From the IMG/VR virus record IMGVR_UViG_3300044475_000055, positions 1-29,366 of that record: a stretch of 29,366 nt of DNA, one strand, 5' to 3'. Below, in pieces: positions 18,457 to 26,190 of this stretch. Position 1 is the first letter of the stretch. Each line of letters starts with the position of its first letter. The stretch comes from a virus (lineage: Duplodnaviria; Caudoviricetes). The position numbers and the translations under genes were made by a program. A model generated the notes under the pieces. That model saw only the letters and a list, made by a program, of their open reading frames with translations. It did not search any database and was not told the DNA's origin.

Positions 18457-18793
18457 CGAAACCTCCGCTTGTGGCTGCTGCGAGGAGGTTCAGGTGCTCT
18501 TGAAGGGCTTTGCCACCCTTCTTGGAGAACATGCCCGCGGCAACCGCGGACAAGTCGGACACGAATGCGGTTCGTTCCCTCGCCTCTACCTGCTCAACAG
18601 CATCCAAAGTAGCTACGAATCTATCGAGTGGCATGCACCCGATCTCTTGTCGCCGGTACCCGAACCTGACCAGCTTTGCGACTGACTGATTTAACCAAAC
18701 CCCCCAGGGGATTGCTATTGACTCGCCGCCAGTTTCTGGACGGCGCGGCCGAGGGATGCCTTGATCGCCATCGGCAAGTTCCGGGAAAAAAAA
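18437..18793 (-). CDS. Tail assembly chaperone frameshift extension (gpT-like part of the G-T fusion)
   Basis: The -1 frame from the T8 run (18786-18793) is open without stops to 18437: FPELADGDQ...WGVWLNQSVAKLVRFGYRRQEIGCMPLDRF... Confidence 0.8.
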   Translation of the reverse strand, partial: FFFPELADGDQGIPRPRRPETGGESIAIPWGVWLNQSVAKLVRFGYRRQEIGCMPLDRFVATLDAVEQVEARERTAFVSDLSAVAAGMFSKKGGKALQEHLNLLAAATSGGFGGNSEQ

Positions 18794-19299
18794 TCGTAGT
18801 TCACCTCGAAGATCGTGAACGCCAGGGCGATACCGTCCGGGAGTTCCATCGTGACGAATTCCGATTCCTTCACCGTCGTCATGGCTGCGACGATCTTTGG
18901 CAGGACATCGTAGGTGGCCTGGAAAATCGTGGTGACGAGGCCCGCGCGACCGTAGACCTGTTCAACGATGGTCACGAGGTCTACGCCCGCCCACGTGCCG
19001 TCCGCTTTGGCCTTCTGCTCCTGGATGAGCTGGATCAAGACCACGAGGTCTTCTCGGCTCATGTGGGAGACGAGGGAGTTGAAGAAGGCGAGCAACAGGC
19101 CCAGATGCTGGACTTGCCCTTTCTTCACGACGATCTCACGACCATCGCTGAGGGTCAGAGGATTCTCGGCAGTGCCGAAGAGAACGTCCGCCGCCGCGAC
19201 GAGGGTCTGAGCCTCGGCAGGTGCGGTGGCGGAGGAGGCCGCTTGTGCGGCGGCCTTTGCGACAGTCTTAGCTGCCGGACGACGAGGAGCTTTGTTCAT
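18715..19299 (-). CDS. Tail assembly chaperone (gpG-like)
   Basis: Lies between the major tail and tape measure genes; ends ..VNYDFFSR.. over a slippery T8 run. Confidence 0.8.
   Translation of the reverse strand: MNKAPRRPAAKTVAKAAAQAASSATAPAEAQTLVAAADVLFGTAENPLTLSDGREIVVKKGQVQHLGLLLAFFNSLVSHMSREDLVVLIQLIQEQKAKADGTWAGVDLVTIVEQVYGRAGLVTTIFQATYDVLPKIVAAMTTVKESEFVTMELPDGIALAFTIFEVNYDFFSRNLPMAIKASLGRAVQKLAASQ
18786..18793 (-). other. Programmed -1 ribosomal frameshift site (T TTT TTT T)
   Basis: GAT TTT TTT TCC in the chaperone frame; the -1 frame joins the downstream ORF. Confidence 0.8.
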
Positions 19300-19585
19300 C
19301 GGTTGTACCCGTGGAGGTGGCGGCCTCCGCAGGCACGGAGCCGGGACTTGCGAACTTGGCCGCCTTCTGCCGCTCCAACCATCGGGCGGTGTCAATGCCG
19401 GCGACCTTGAACGGTTCATCCGGGGCGTAGTCTACGTCACCGACAGTGACCTTGGTCACTGCAACCATGTCGAACTCCTGCTGCGCCAAGGCAGCGGCTG
19501 CTTCGGCCTTCACGGAGCCCTCCGAAGCCGTGACGGTGGCGGTTGTTGCGGTCGAGCCGACCGGGCGAGCTACGGGCTTGTTCAT
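19268..19585 (-). CDS. Hypothetical virion-region protein
   Basis: GGAG RBS; low-complexity Ala/Thr ends flanking a short globular core (VTVGDVDYAPDEPF...ARWL). Confidence 0.65.
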   Translation of the reverse strand: MNKPVARPVGSTATTATVTASEGSVKAEAAAALAQQEFDMVAVTKVTVGDVDYAPDEPFKVAGIDTARWLERQKAAKFASPGSVPAEAATSTGTTDEQSSSSSGS

Positions 19586-19595
19586 TCAGTTCTCC

Positions 19596-19624
19596 AAAAA
19601 GAAAAAGGGGCCAATAGGCCCCTT
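19596..19624 (-). terminator. Intrinsic terminator after the major tail gene
   Basis: AAGGGGCC-4nt-GGCCCCTT hairpin followed by a T-rich tract on the minus strand. Confidence 0.85.
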
Positions 19625-19644
19625 GGGTTGCTGGCAGAACCAGT

Positions 19645-20415
19645 TTAGCTCATGCGCTTCTCGCGGAAGTATTGCGAGAGGCCGCCGCCGGTGATGGTCA
19701 GGTCCGGCAGGATGTTGCCGTTGAACTCGCCGGAACCGAACTCCTCGTTGATGAATTCCAGGCCGGTCAGCGGGTCCATTGCGGCGCGCGGGATTTCGAT
19801 CAGGCGCAGCGTGCCATCGACCGTGTTCAGGCCCTCGAAGCGCAGGAACTTCTCGGGAGCCGTGCCCTGGGTGAAGGACTCGATCTTGTCGTAGGCAGCG
19901 TAGCTGTAGTCCACGGTCACGGCGTCGCCATCGGTCAGGTCGGCGGCAGCGGTCTTGATGTAGATCGTGCCGAAGCCAGCGTCGTAGTCGTAGTTCGTGG
20001 ATTCGTTGATCGCGGTGCCGGCCTTCTTCAGCACGATGGCCGAAACCTTCGGGTGCTTCAGCGGGATCGCGTAGCCCTTCTTCACGATGTGGGTCTCGCC
20101 GGTCACGGTGCCGAGGGCGACGGTGGACTGGGTGCCGTAGAGGCCGAGGGTCAGCAGTTCGAGCTTCAGGGACTCGGCCGTGAACTTGAACGTCGCATTG
20201 CGTTCCTGGATCACGGTCTGGTCAACGCCGCGCGAACCGGACATCGACTCCTTGTGCTCGAATTTCTGGACGGCGATGTCGAGCGTCAGCGACGTGACGT
20301 TGCCGACGAACAGCACGTTGTCGAGCTGGCCGGTGGACGAGTTGCGGTCGCCGATACCCAGGCGGCCTTGGCCCGAGTAGTAGTACGAGGTCGGAATGGG
20401 ACGGGACTGTGCCAT
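19645..20415 (-). CDS. Major tail (tube) protein
   Basis: YYSGQG...FVGNVTSLTL siphovirus tube N-terminus; strongly GC3-biased codons; followed by a terminator. Confidence 0.85.
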   Translation of the reverse strand: MAQSRPIPTSYYYSGQGRLGIGDRNSSTGQLDNVLFVGNVTSLTLDIAVQKFEHKESMSGSRGVDQTVIQERNATFKFTAESLKLELLTLGLYGTQSTVALGTVTGETHIVKKGYAIPLKHPKVSAIVLKKAGTAINESTNYDYDAGFGTIYIKTAAADLTDGDAVTVDYSYAAYDKIESFTQGTAPEKFLRFEGLNTVDGTLRLIEIPRAAMDPLTGLEFINEEFGSGEFNGNILPDLTITGGGLSQYFREKRMS

Positions 20416-20445
20416 GTTGGAATCTCCAGAGTGAACGTTTGGGGT

Positions 20446-20994
20446 TTACGCCTGCTGCGGACCAGAGGTCAACGGCAGGTTTGCTTGCCACACCTGAGTG
20501 TAGTACAGCATGTTGTCGGTTGATTGATCCGGGTGGGGCTGCTCGGACATGAAATTCCAGCGCCGCGCCGTGAGATCGCCACCCAACGATGAACCGTGAA
20601 TCGAACGACTGAGAACCGCAAGCAGCTTCGTCGCGTTGTACCGCTCTTCGCAATCCTGCCCGGTGGGTACTGCGAGTATCACTAGGAAGGAGTAGGCGAG
20701 CATCTTAGCAGCCCGGCTTCCGTCGTTCGTGGGCGACCTTCCCGATTTGAAATCAATTTCAATTTCGGCCCACTTGCGTCCGTTGTAGGAGACGCCAACG
20801 CCAATGCTGCCCCCGAGACTGTCTGCCGTCTTCCGCTCCAGGTCGTCGAGGTCGAAGACGCCCGCGGCGAGATGGCTAACGTTTGCTGCGGTGAACGCCG
20901 CGGTTGCCTTCTGGATCAGGTCGGCCTCCATCGTGGCGATGTGGTCGGGGTCATCCTGGAAAGGAGGGCCAGGGAGGAATGAGATTTCTGCCAT
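20446..20994 (-). CDS. Putative tail terminator / tail completion protein
   Basis: Synteny immediately before the major tail gene; size and C-terminal YYTQVW strand fit. Confidence 0.6.
   Translation of the reverse strand: MAEISFLPGPPFQDDPDHIATMEADLIQKATAAFTAANVSHLAAGVFDLDDLERKTADSLGGSIGVGVSYNGRKWAEIEIDFKSGRSPTNDGSRAAKMLAYSFLVILAVPTGQDCEERYNATKLLAVLSRSIHGSSLGGDLTARRWNFMSEQPHPDQSTDNMLYYTQVWQANLPLTSGPQQA
20747..20762. repeat. 16-bp palindromic motif TTGAAATCAATTTCAA
   Basis: Exact copy in reverse orientation; encodes IEIDFK. Confidence 0.95.
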
Positions 20995-20996
20995 GT

Positions 20997-21488
20997 TCAG
21001 TCTTCCATTTTTGCTGCGACTCGACGGAGGAGTCCGTCCACTGCTTTGACATCCGCCGCGCCAACGCCAAGGATACGGCGTTGCGGCAGGCCGCGCTTCT
21101 TGTTGCCGTAGCTATGGGCACGCGCCTTCAGTTGAAGGTGCTCACCGCCGACGAAGCCGATGCGAACGCCCGCGCCTGTGTTGACTGCGAATATGCCGCC
21201 CAGCGCGCCTTTGATGGCTCGGATGGAGTCTCGCAGTTCGTTCGTCTGGGAGAGGATTTTCCGGCCTGGGATGCCGCCCGCGCGACGGCGACGAGCCAGC
21301 GTGGTAGCCGCGAGCGGGGTCCACATCTTGCCGTCTGGGTCTTGCTGCTTCTCGAAGCGATCCTTTGCGCGACGCACGAGGAGATCGCTGATTTGGTCGG
21401 TGAGTACGGGCAAAGAAAAAGCCGCACGAATCGTGGCGATCCGGCGGCCTAGTTTCTGCACCCCGCCGACGTAGCGGGTGTCTTCCAT
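20997..21488 (-). CDS. Phage virion morphogenesis protein (Mu gpG / P2 gpS family)
   Basis: RFEKQQDPDGKMWTPL..T, IL..T..LR.SI and LPQRRILG motifs. Confidence 0.88.
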   Translation of the reverse strand: MEDTRYVGGVQKLGRRIATIRAAFSLPVLTDQISDLLVRRAKDRFEKQQDPDGKMWTPLAATTLARRRRAGGIPGRKILSQTNELRDSIRAIKGALGGIFAVNTGAGVRIGFVGGEHLQLKARAHSYGNKKRGLPQRRILGVGAADVKAVDGLLRRVAAKMED

Positions 21489-22111
21489 CAGGAGACCTTT
21501 TCAGATTTGATGGCCCAGAGAACCCGGGCGCGAGGACGAAGGAACCGGCCGTAGATGCGGTGCCGTAGATCGTCCTGAACTGCTTGGTGCAGAGCGACGA
21601 GGCCGCCGCGCCACTTCTCCGGGAGCGAAGGAGTCTGCTGGACGATGCGACGTGCGACGACGAGAGCATCTACGACAGCGCCTTGAATCCAATCCGGGAC
21701 ATCGAGTGCCAGTCGGTAGTCCGGGTTGGTGTCGCTGTCCTCGTCCACCTTGAAGCCAGCGGCGTACTCGGCGGTGATGTATGCGCCGTCCCAGTTGTAG
21801 GACGTGTACTGCACTGTGCCGTACTCGTTGTTGACGAGTGCGTCCACTGGGTCGGTGACATTCATCGTCACATCGCCATCGATAAAGCCGTAGCTGAGGC
21901 GAAACGGGTAGGCCGGTTCGTACATCCCGCGAGGCGCCTTGAAGGTGTCGCGATACGTGGCGTATTCGAGGCCGGGCATGTCGAGGAGCGCTGCAACCTT
22001 GGGGGTCAGCAAACGAATCTGTTCCTTGAGCACATCCTGCCCCGCCGTCTGCGTAGGAGCGCACTTGATATCTATCGCCAAGAGCGCCTTTGCGGGGTCG
22101 ATCAGAAGCAT
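21488..22111 (-). CDS. Putative head-tail adaptor
   Basis: ITAEYAAGF...VPDWIQGAV resembles the Y.AG...VP..I..A adaptor motif; synteny. Confidence 0.65.
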   Translation of the reverse strand: MLLIDPAKALLAIDIKCAPTQTAGQDVLKEQIRLLTPKVAALLDMPGLEYATYRDTFKAPRGMYEPAYPFRLSYGFIDGDVTMNVTDPVDALVNNEYGTVQYTSYNWDGAYITAEYAAGFKVDEDSDTNPDYRLALDVPDWIQGAVVDALVVARRIVQQTPSLPEKWRGGLVALHQAVQDDLRHRIYGRFLRPRARVLWAIKSEKVS

Positions 22112-22127
22112 GGCCTACCCTTCCGCT

Positions 22128-22790
22128 TTAGCTGCGCTGCGACTTGCGGACGGCGGGACCGGTGCGCTTCACCGCGGGCGTGGTCTTGGTGACCGTCGTG
22201 TCCGTCTTGGTGTCGGCGTCAGTGTCCGCGTCGGGCTTCTTGGCACGGGCCTTGACGGCTTCGGTGTCGGCGCCGGTGAACAGATTGCCGAAGTAGTCCA
22301 CCGCATCTTCGATGAAGACGGCGATTTCCTCGTTCGTCATCACCTCGGGGAGTTCGGCCAGCTTGGCGTCAAGTTCTTCACGGGTAGGCGGGCGTTGGTC
22401 GTCGTCCGTGCCGCCCGCTTCTTCCACGGAGCCGGTGCGCTCGATCTTGGTCACGTCTTCCGGCGTCACCTTGCCTTGGGCGGGTTCGTCGTCGGTGTAG
22501 ATCGGGTTGCGCGCCGCGGCTTCGATGGAGTCGGTGTCACGCGGGTTCTGCTCGACGACGCGCTGGACGTTCAGTGCCGTGAAGTCGAGATCGACCTTGG
22601 CGGGTTCCGGGTCCAGTTCGGTGAAGAACGGGATGTCGAGGCCGTCCGAGTCGCTGAAGCGCGCCAGCGTCAGGAGGTATTCGGCAACCGCCGCCGAGAC
22701 GCGCAGCGTGTTGTGCTTGCGGGTGATGACGTTGTGGGTGTGGGTCGGCGAGTTGTAGGTCTCGATACCCGTCTGCTTCAGAGTCTTCAT
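22128..22790 (-). CDS. Hypothetical acidic head-region protein
   Basis: GAGG RBS before ATG 22790; strongly GC3-biased codons; acidic low-complexity middle. Confidence 0.75.
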   Translation of the reverse strand: MKTLKQTGIETYNSPTHTHNVITRKHNTLRVSAAVAEYLLTLARFSDSDGLDIPFFTELDPEPAKVDLDFTALNVQRVVEQNPRDTDSIEAAARNPIYTDDEPAQGKVTPEDVTKIERTGSVEEAGGTDDDQRPPTREELDAKLAELPEVMTNEEIAVFIEDAVDYFGNLFTGADTEAVKARAKKPDADTDADTKTDTTVTKTTPAVKRTGPAVRKSQRS

Positions 22791-22797
22791 GTGAACC

Positions 22798-23004
22798 TCA
22801 TTTGAAATTGATTTCAACCGGGGCGTTTCCCCGGCTGCGTACTCTACTACGACCACTGATAGCTATGGCTTTGTCCACAGCCGCCTCTAGGTCGGGGTCG
22901 AGGTCTTTCAGCCAATCGCGGAAAGCAATACCGCCAATCTCGGTGTTCCAGTTTTGGCACAGGAACCGCCATCTAAGTTCGCCGAGGTTTGCTTCGTTTT
23001 CCAC
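22798..23004 (-). CDS. Small hypothetical protein (possible moron)
   Basis: 68-aa ORF filling the gap after the capsid terminator; atypical codon usage; GTG start with weak RBS. Confidence 0.45.
   Translation of the reverse strand: MENEANLGELRWRFLCQNWNTEIGGIAFRDWLKDLDPDLEAAVDKAIAISGRSRVRSRGNAPVEINFK
22802..22817. repeat. 16-bp palindromic motif TTGAAATTGATTTCAA
   Basis: Exact copy; encodes VEINFK at the end of the small ORF, just upstream of the next RBS. Confidence 0.95.
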
Positions 23005-23040
23005 AGACCGAAGTCTACCGGCTCGCCGGAGTACAGACGC

Positions 23041-23069
23041 AAAAAAGCCCCGGGGTCTAGCCGGGGCTT
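23041..23069 (-). terminator. Intrinsic terminator after the major capsid gene
   Basis: AAGCCCCGG...CCGGGGCTT stem plus a T-run on the minus strand. Confidence 0.85.
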
Positions 23070-23109
23070 GGAATGCCGCCAGAGGCGGCGAGGAGACAAC
23101 TGGCGCCGA

Positions 23110-24057
23110 TCAGATGTTGATCATCTTCACGGTGGCGTCCACGTCATCCATTTGCAGGCCGACGCGGGCCGTCAGCACGATGACGTATTCGCGGGAACGG
23201 ATGTCCTTGTCCGTTTCGACGGTGATGTCGCGGCGGATGCCGAAGATCAGGTTCTGCGGGAACGTGACCAGACCGGTCTTGCCGATGTTGTCGTAAGCCA
23301 GCGCGGCGACGCCTTCCAGTGTCAGGCCGTGGGCCGTCAGCGGGATGTTGTTTTGCAGCGCCGAGTCGCCGTAGCCGGTCTGGCGTTGCGACACCTTTTG
23401 GCGGTACTTGATGGTGTTGGCCATCGAGATATAGCCGCGCATCTGGGGCAGGTACTTCAGGTACGCCTGCGGCAGCGCCAGTTGGGCGTTGGTGAACAGG
23501 TCCGGACTGACGCCGGCATTGGCGTTGTCAGTGATGTGGGCACTGGCGCGCTTCATCCAGCCGTTGGCGAGAGCCAGATACGGGTCGGACGAGGCGGTGT
23601 CGGCCCACAGAGCCCACTCTTCCAGGTCGAGGGCGGCACGTTGCGCGATGAGGCGCATGATGTGCTCTTCCATCGAACGGCCTTCGATGTTGTCCTCCAG
23701 GGCTTCGTAGGGGATGCGGATTTCCGCGATCACTTCCTTCGAGGTCAGGCTGATCTGCGAGGTCGTCGGCTTGGAGCGATCCGCCACACGCAGGTAACGG
23801 TCATTGCCGCCAGCGTCCAGGTCGCCGCCGTTGGTCGGCGCGGCCTTCAGGATGCGGGTCTTGAAGCCCAGGCGGTTGATCTTGACTTCCGGCGAGTTCA
23901 TGCGAACGACGCGGACCTGGGGCAGCATGGTCGGCTGATCCAGGATGTAGTCGATGAACTGGTTCGCCTGTTCGGGCGTCAGCACGCCGCCGTTGGCGGT
24001 CAGGTCGGCCAGCGCGAGGTCTGCGCGGTTGACGAGTTCTTGGGACTTGGTGGTCAT
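23110..24057 (-). CDS. Major capsid protein (HK97 fold; XkdG/P2-capsid-like family)
   Basis: GGVLTPEQANQFIDY and IPYEALEDNIEG motifs; AAGGA RBS; followed by a terminator. Confidence 0.92.
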   Translation of the reverse strand: MTTKSQELVNRADLALADLTANGGVLTPEQANQFIDYILDQPTMLPQVRVVRMNSPEVKINRLGFKTRILKAAPTNGGDLDAGGNDRYLRVADRSKPTTSQISLTSKEVIAEIRIPYEALEDNIEGRSMEEHIMRLIAQRAALDLEEWALWADTASSDPYLALANGWMKRASAHITDNANAGVSPDLFTNAQLALPQAYLKYLPQMRGYISMANTIKYRQKVSQRQTGYGDSALQNNIPLTAHGLTLEGVAALAYDNIGKTGLVTFPQNLIFGIRRDITVETDKDIRSREYVIVLTARVGLQMDDVDATVKMINI

Positions 24058-24099
24058 CTCAGTTCCTTATGGAGTGGCAGGGTGTGGTTGGTGTTGCGA

Positions 24100-25563
24100 T
24101 CAGGACTTGCGGCCGAGGGTGCCGCGGAGGCCACCGAAGGCGGAGGCGCCACGCCACACGTCCTTCTGGGTGCCCTTGCCGTCTTCGGCAGCGGGGGTCT
24201 CGGTGGCCGCGCCGGTCGTCTCGGTCTTGCCGTCGCCGGTTTCGCTGCGAACCACAGTCGTGCCCTCGATCTTTTCGAGACGTTCAACCACGGGGGCCAG
24301 CGCACCCTTGACGGCATCGGCGATGTCGGCACGAGTGATCGTGGCGGCAGCACCTTCGGCCTGGGCGGCGGCACCTTCTCCTTCGGTCTTGCCCGCGCCG
24401 GCAGCAGCCGGTTCGGCGGGTTCCTGGCGCTGCGCTTGGGCGGCGTTGCCGGCCTTGATGGCGTCCAGGAGTCGGGTTTCCATCGAGCCCACGGCGGCTT
24501 CGAGGTCGGCGCGGGTCACGGTGTCGGTGGGTTGGGGCTGGGCAGCTTGCTTGCCCGCACCGCCTTGAGCGTTCGTGTTCATCTCGGGGTTCTCCAGTTG
24601 GGGGTTGGCGGAACGGGCCACCGCGACGAGGACCGTACGCGGGAGGCTGTCCAGGATACCGGTGGCGAAAGTACCGAATTGCTCCAGTGCGTTCGACATC
24701 AGCATTTTGCGCTCCGCCAGAGGCAGGGCGGAATATAGCAAAATCGTGCTCAACACGGAGCGAAGCGAGTAGATAGCTTCGTCCATTGCTTCGCTGAACA
24801 TGGTGTCGGCCAGCTTGGCGTTGAAGTCGAGTTGACCCCAGCCCCAATTGCCGTAGCACGTTTCGTTGATCACGGCGACATAGCCATCCGGGACGGCGCC
24901 GACATCGGAGCGGATGACCGTAGCCGTCAGGCCGGGCTCGATCTCGACGCTGCGGGACTCTTCGTCCGCGGGAACCTCGGCGCGCTGGACCGAGTAGCTG
25001 ACAGCAACACCGTCATCGCCCTTCTCGAATTCCACCTTGCCTTCGATGCCGTTGGCAGTGAGCCAGTCCACGACTTGCTGTTCGGTGAACTGTTCGGCGC
25101 GGAAGACGTAGCCGGTGACGGCCAGTGCGCTCTTGGGGTTGGTTGCCGCCGCGTCGTCGGCGCGTTCGACCGTTGCCACCACGCCGTCATCGCTGAGGCG
25201 GACGGGGATGGTCTTGGTGTCGTTTGAAATTGATTTCAAATCACCGCGGAGGGCGACGATGGTGTCGTCTTTCCGAGTCACGCTGAAGCCGGTGAGACCG
25301 AGACCCTTCATGCGCTCGTTCACGGTGGCGTCGTCGAACGTACCGGGGAAAGTGACGCTCAGGATGGCGCCGGGGTCCGAGCGACGGGTGCGGCGCACGA
25401 CAGGGGTTTTCATTGGGGCTGCTCCTTGGTTGCCTTGGGTGCCTTGACCGTCCGCCGACCGGACGACCTTGAAGGCCACTTTATTCGCCGGACGGCCGAC
25501 GAGAGACAGGAAGGCCGGCTTGATGACTTCCATCAGGTTACCTTCTTGTTCCACTGTTGCCAT
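24100..25563 (-). CDS. Scaffold-like head protein with an N-terminal protease-associated motif
   Basis: Lies between protease and capsid genes; N-terminal FLSLVGRPAN..F motif; Ala/Glu-rich coiled C-terminus; GAGGA RBS. Confidence 0.75.
   Translation of the reverse strand: MATVEQEGNLMEVIKPAFLSLVGRPANKVAFKVVRSADGQGTQGNQGAAPMKTPVVRRTRRSDPGAILSVTFPGTFDDATVNERMKGLGLTGFSVTRKDDTIVALRGDLKSISNDTKTIPVRLSDDGVVATVERADDAAATNPKSALAVTGYVFRAEQFTEQQVVDWLTANGIEGKVEFEKGDDGVAVSYSVQRAEVPADEESRSVEIEPGLTATVIRSDVGAVPDGYVAVINETCYGNWGWGQLDFNAKLADTMFSEAMDEAIYSLRSVLSTILLYSALPLAERKMLMSNALEQFGTFATGILDSLPRTVLVAVARSANPQLENPEMNTNAQGGAGKQAAQPQPTDTVTRADLEAAVGSMETRLLDAIKAGNAAQAQRQEPAEPAAAGAGKTEGEGAAAQAEGAAATITRADIADAVKGALAPVVERLEKIEGTTVVRSETGDGKTETTGAATETPAAEDGKGTQKDVWRGASAFGGLRGTLGRKS
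25224..25239. repeat. 16-bp palindromic motif TTGAAATTGATTTCAA
   Basis: Exact copy; encodes LKSIS in the scaffold-like gene. Confidence 0.95.
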
Positions 25564-25570
25564 TTCGTCC

Positions 25571-26188
25571 TCACTCTTCCAAAGTTTCGACAGTATCCGC
25601 GGTTTCAATCACCTGGAAGCGGTGATTGTGCCCGTCAGACACTTCCGTAATCGTGTGGGTCGCGATTTTATGGGAGTGCCCGTTCTCGGAACTCGTTGCG
25701 CCGGCCAGCGGACGATTTAGCGAATCCAGGGTGATGACGTAGGTGTGAGTGTGGCCGTCGTCCGGGTGGGGCTCGGTACGACCCACGATGGTGCGGTTCT
25801 CTTCCGTGGTGTAGAGGACCGGGATCATGTTGACCAGAGCCTCGTAGCTGTAGCCGTTGAGTTCGCCCGCGAGGATGGCTGACCAGATTTCATCGTTGGG
25901 TACTTTCATTCCGACGACCCAGCTACCTTCGATGAAATCCGGGTCTCCCGACCGGGCGATGAAACTCTCGACGACGTACACATCCCCGGTCACGTCGGTG
26001 CGGTCGTGATCCACATCGATCCCGTAGCCCTGGCGCGCGAACTCGTATGCGAAGTCTTTGATGGCGTCAGGGGTGTAAATGTCCCCGAACGTGTTGACGA
26101 CGTTGGGGACCAGGACTTCAGCGAAGACGACCCGCTCCCATTCCTTCCCGTCGTCCCGGTGCACTAGGCGCATGCTAGGTGCGTCCAT
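25571..26188 (-). CDS. XkdF-like prohead serine protease with His-rich C-terminal tail
   Basis: RVVFAEVLVP..D, IDVDH, VVESFIA, GSWVVGMKV and W..I..GELNGYSYE motifs; GGAG RBS before ATG 26188. Confidence 0.88.
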   Translation of the reverse strand: MDAPSMRLVHRDDGKEWERVVFAEVLVPNVVNTFGDIYTPDAIKDFAYEFARQGYGIDVDHDRTDVTGDVYVVESFIARSGDPDFIEGSWVVGMKVPNDEIWSAILAGELNGYSYEALVNMIPVLYTTEENRTIVGRTEPHPDDGHTHTYVITLDSLNRPLAGATSSENGHSHKIATHTITEVSDGHNHRFQVIETADTVETLEE

Positions 26189-26190
26189 GT

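Noticed and set aside
22954-24738. Long plus-strand ORFs (594 aa here; also 3897..4895, 9861..10931, 15586..16614, 19672..20523, 26830..27792)
   Set aside because: They are antisense shadows of GC3-biased minus-strand structural genes, with no recognisable motifs.
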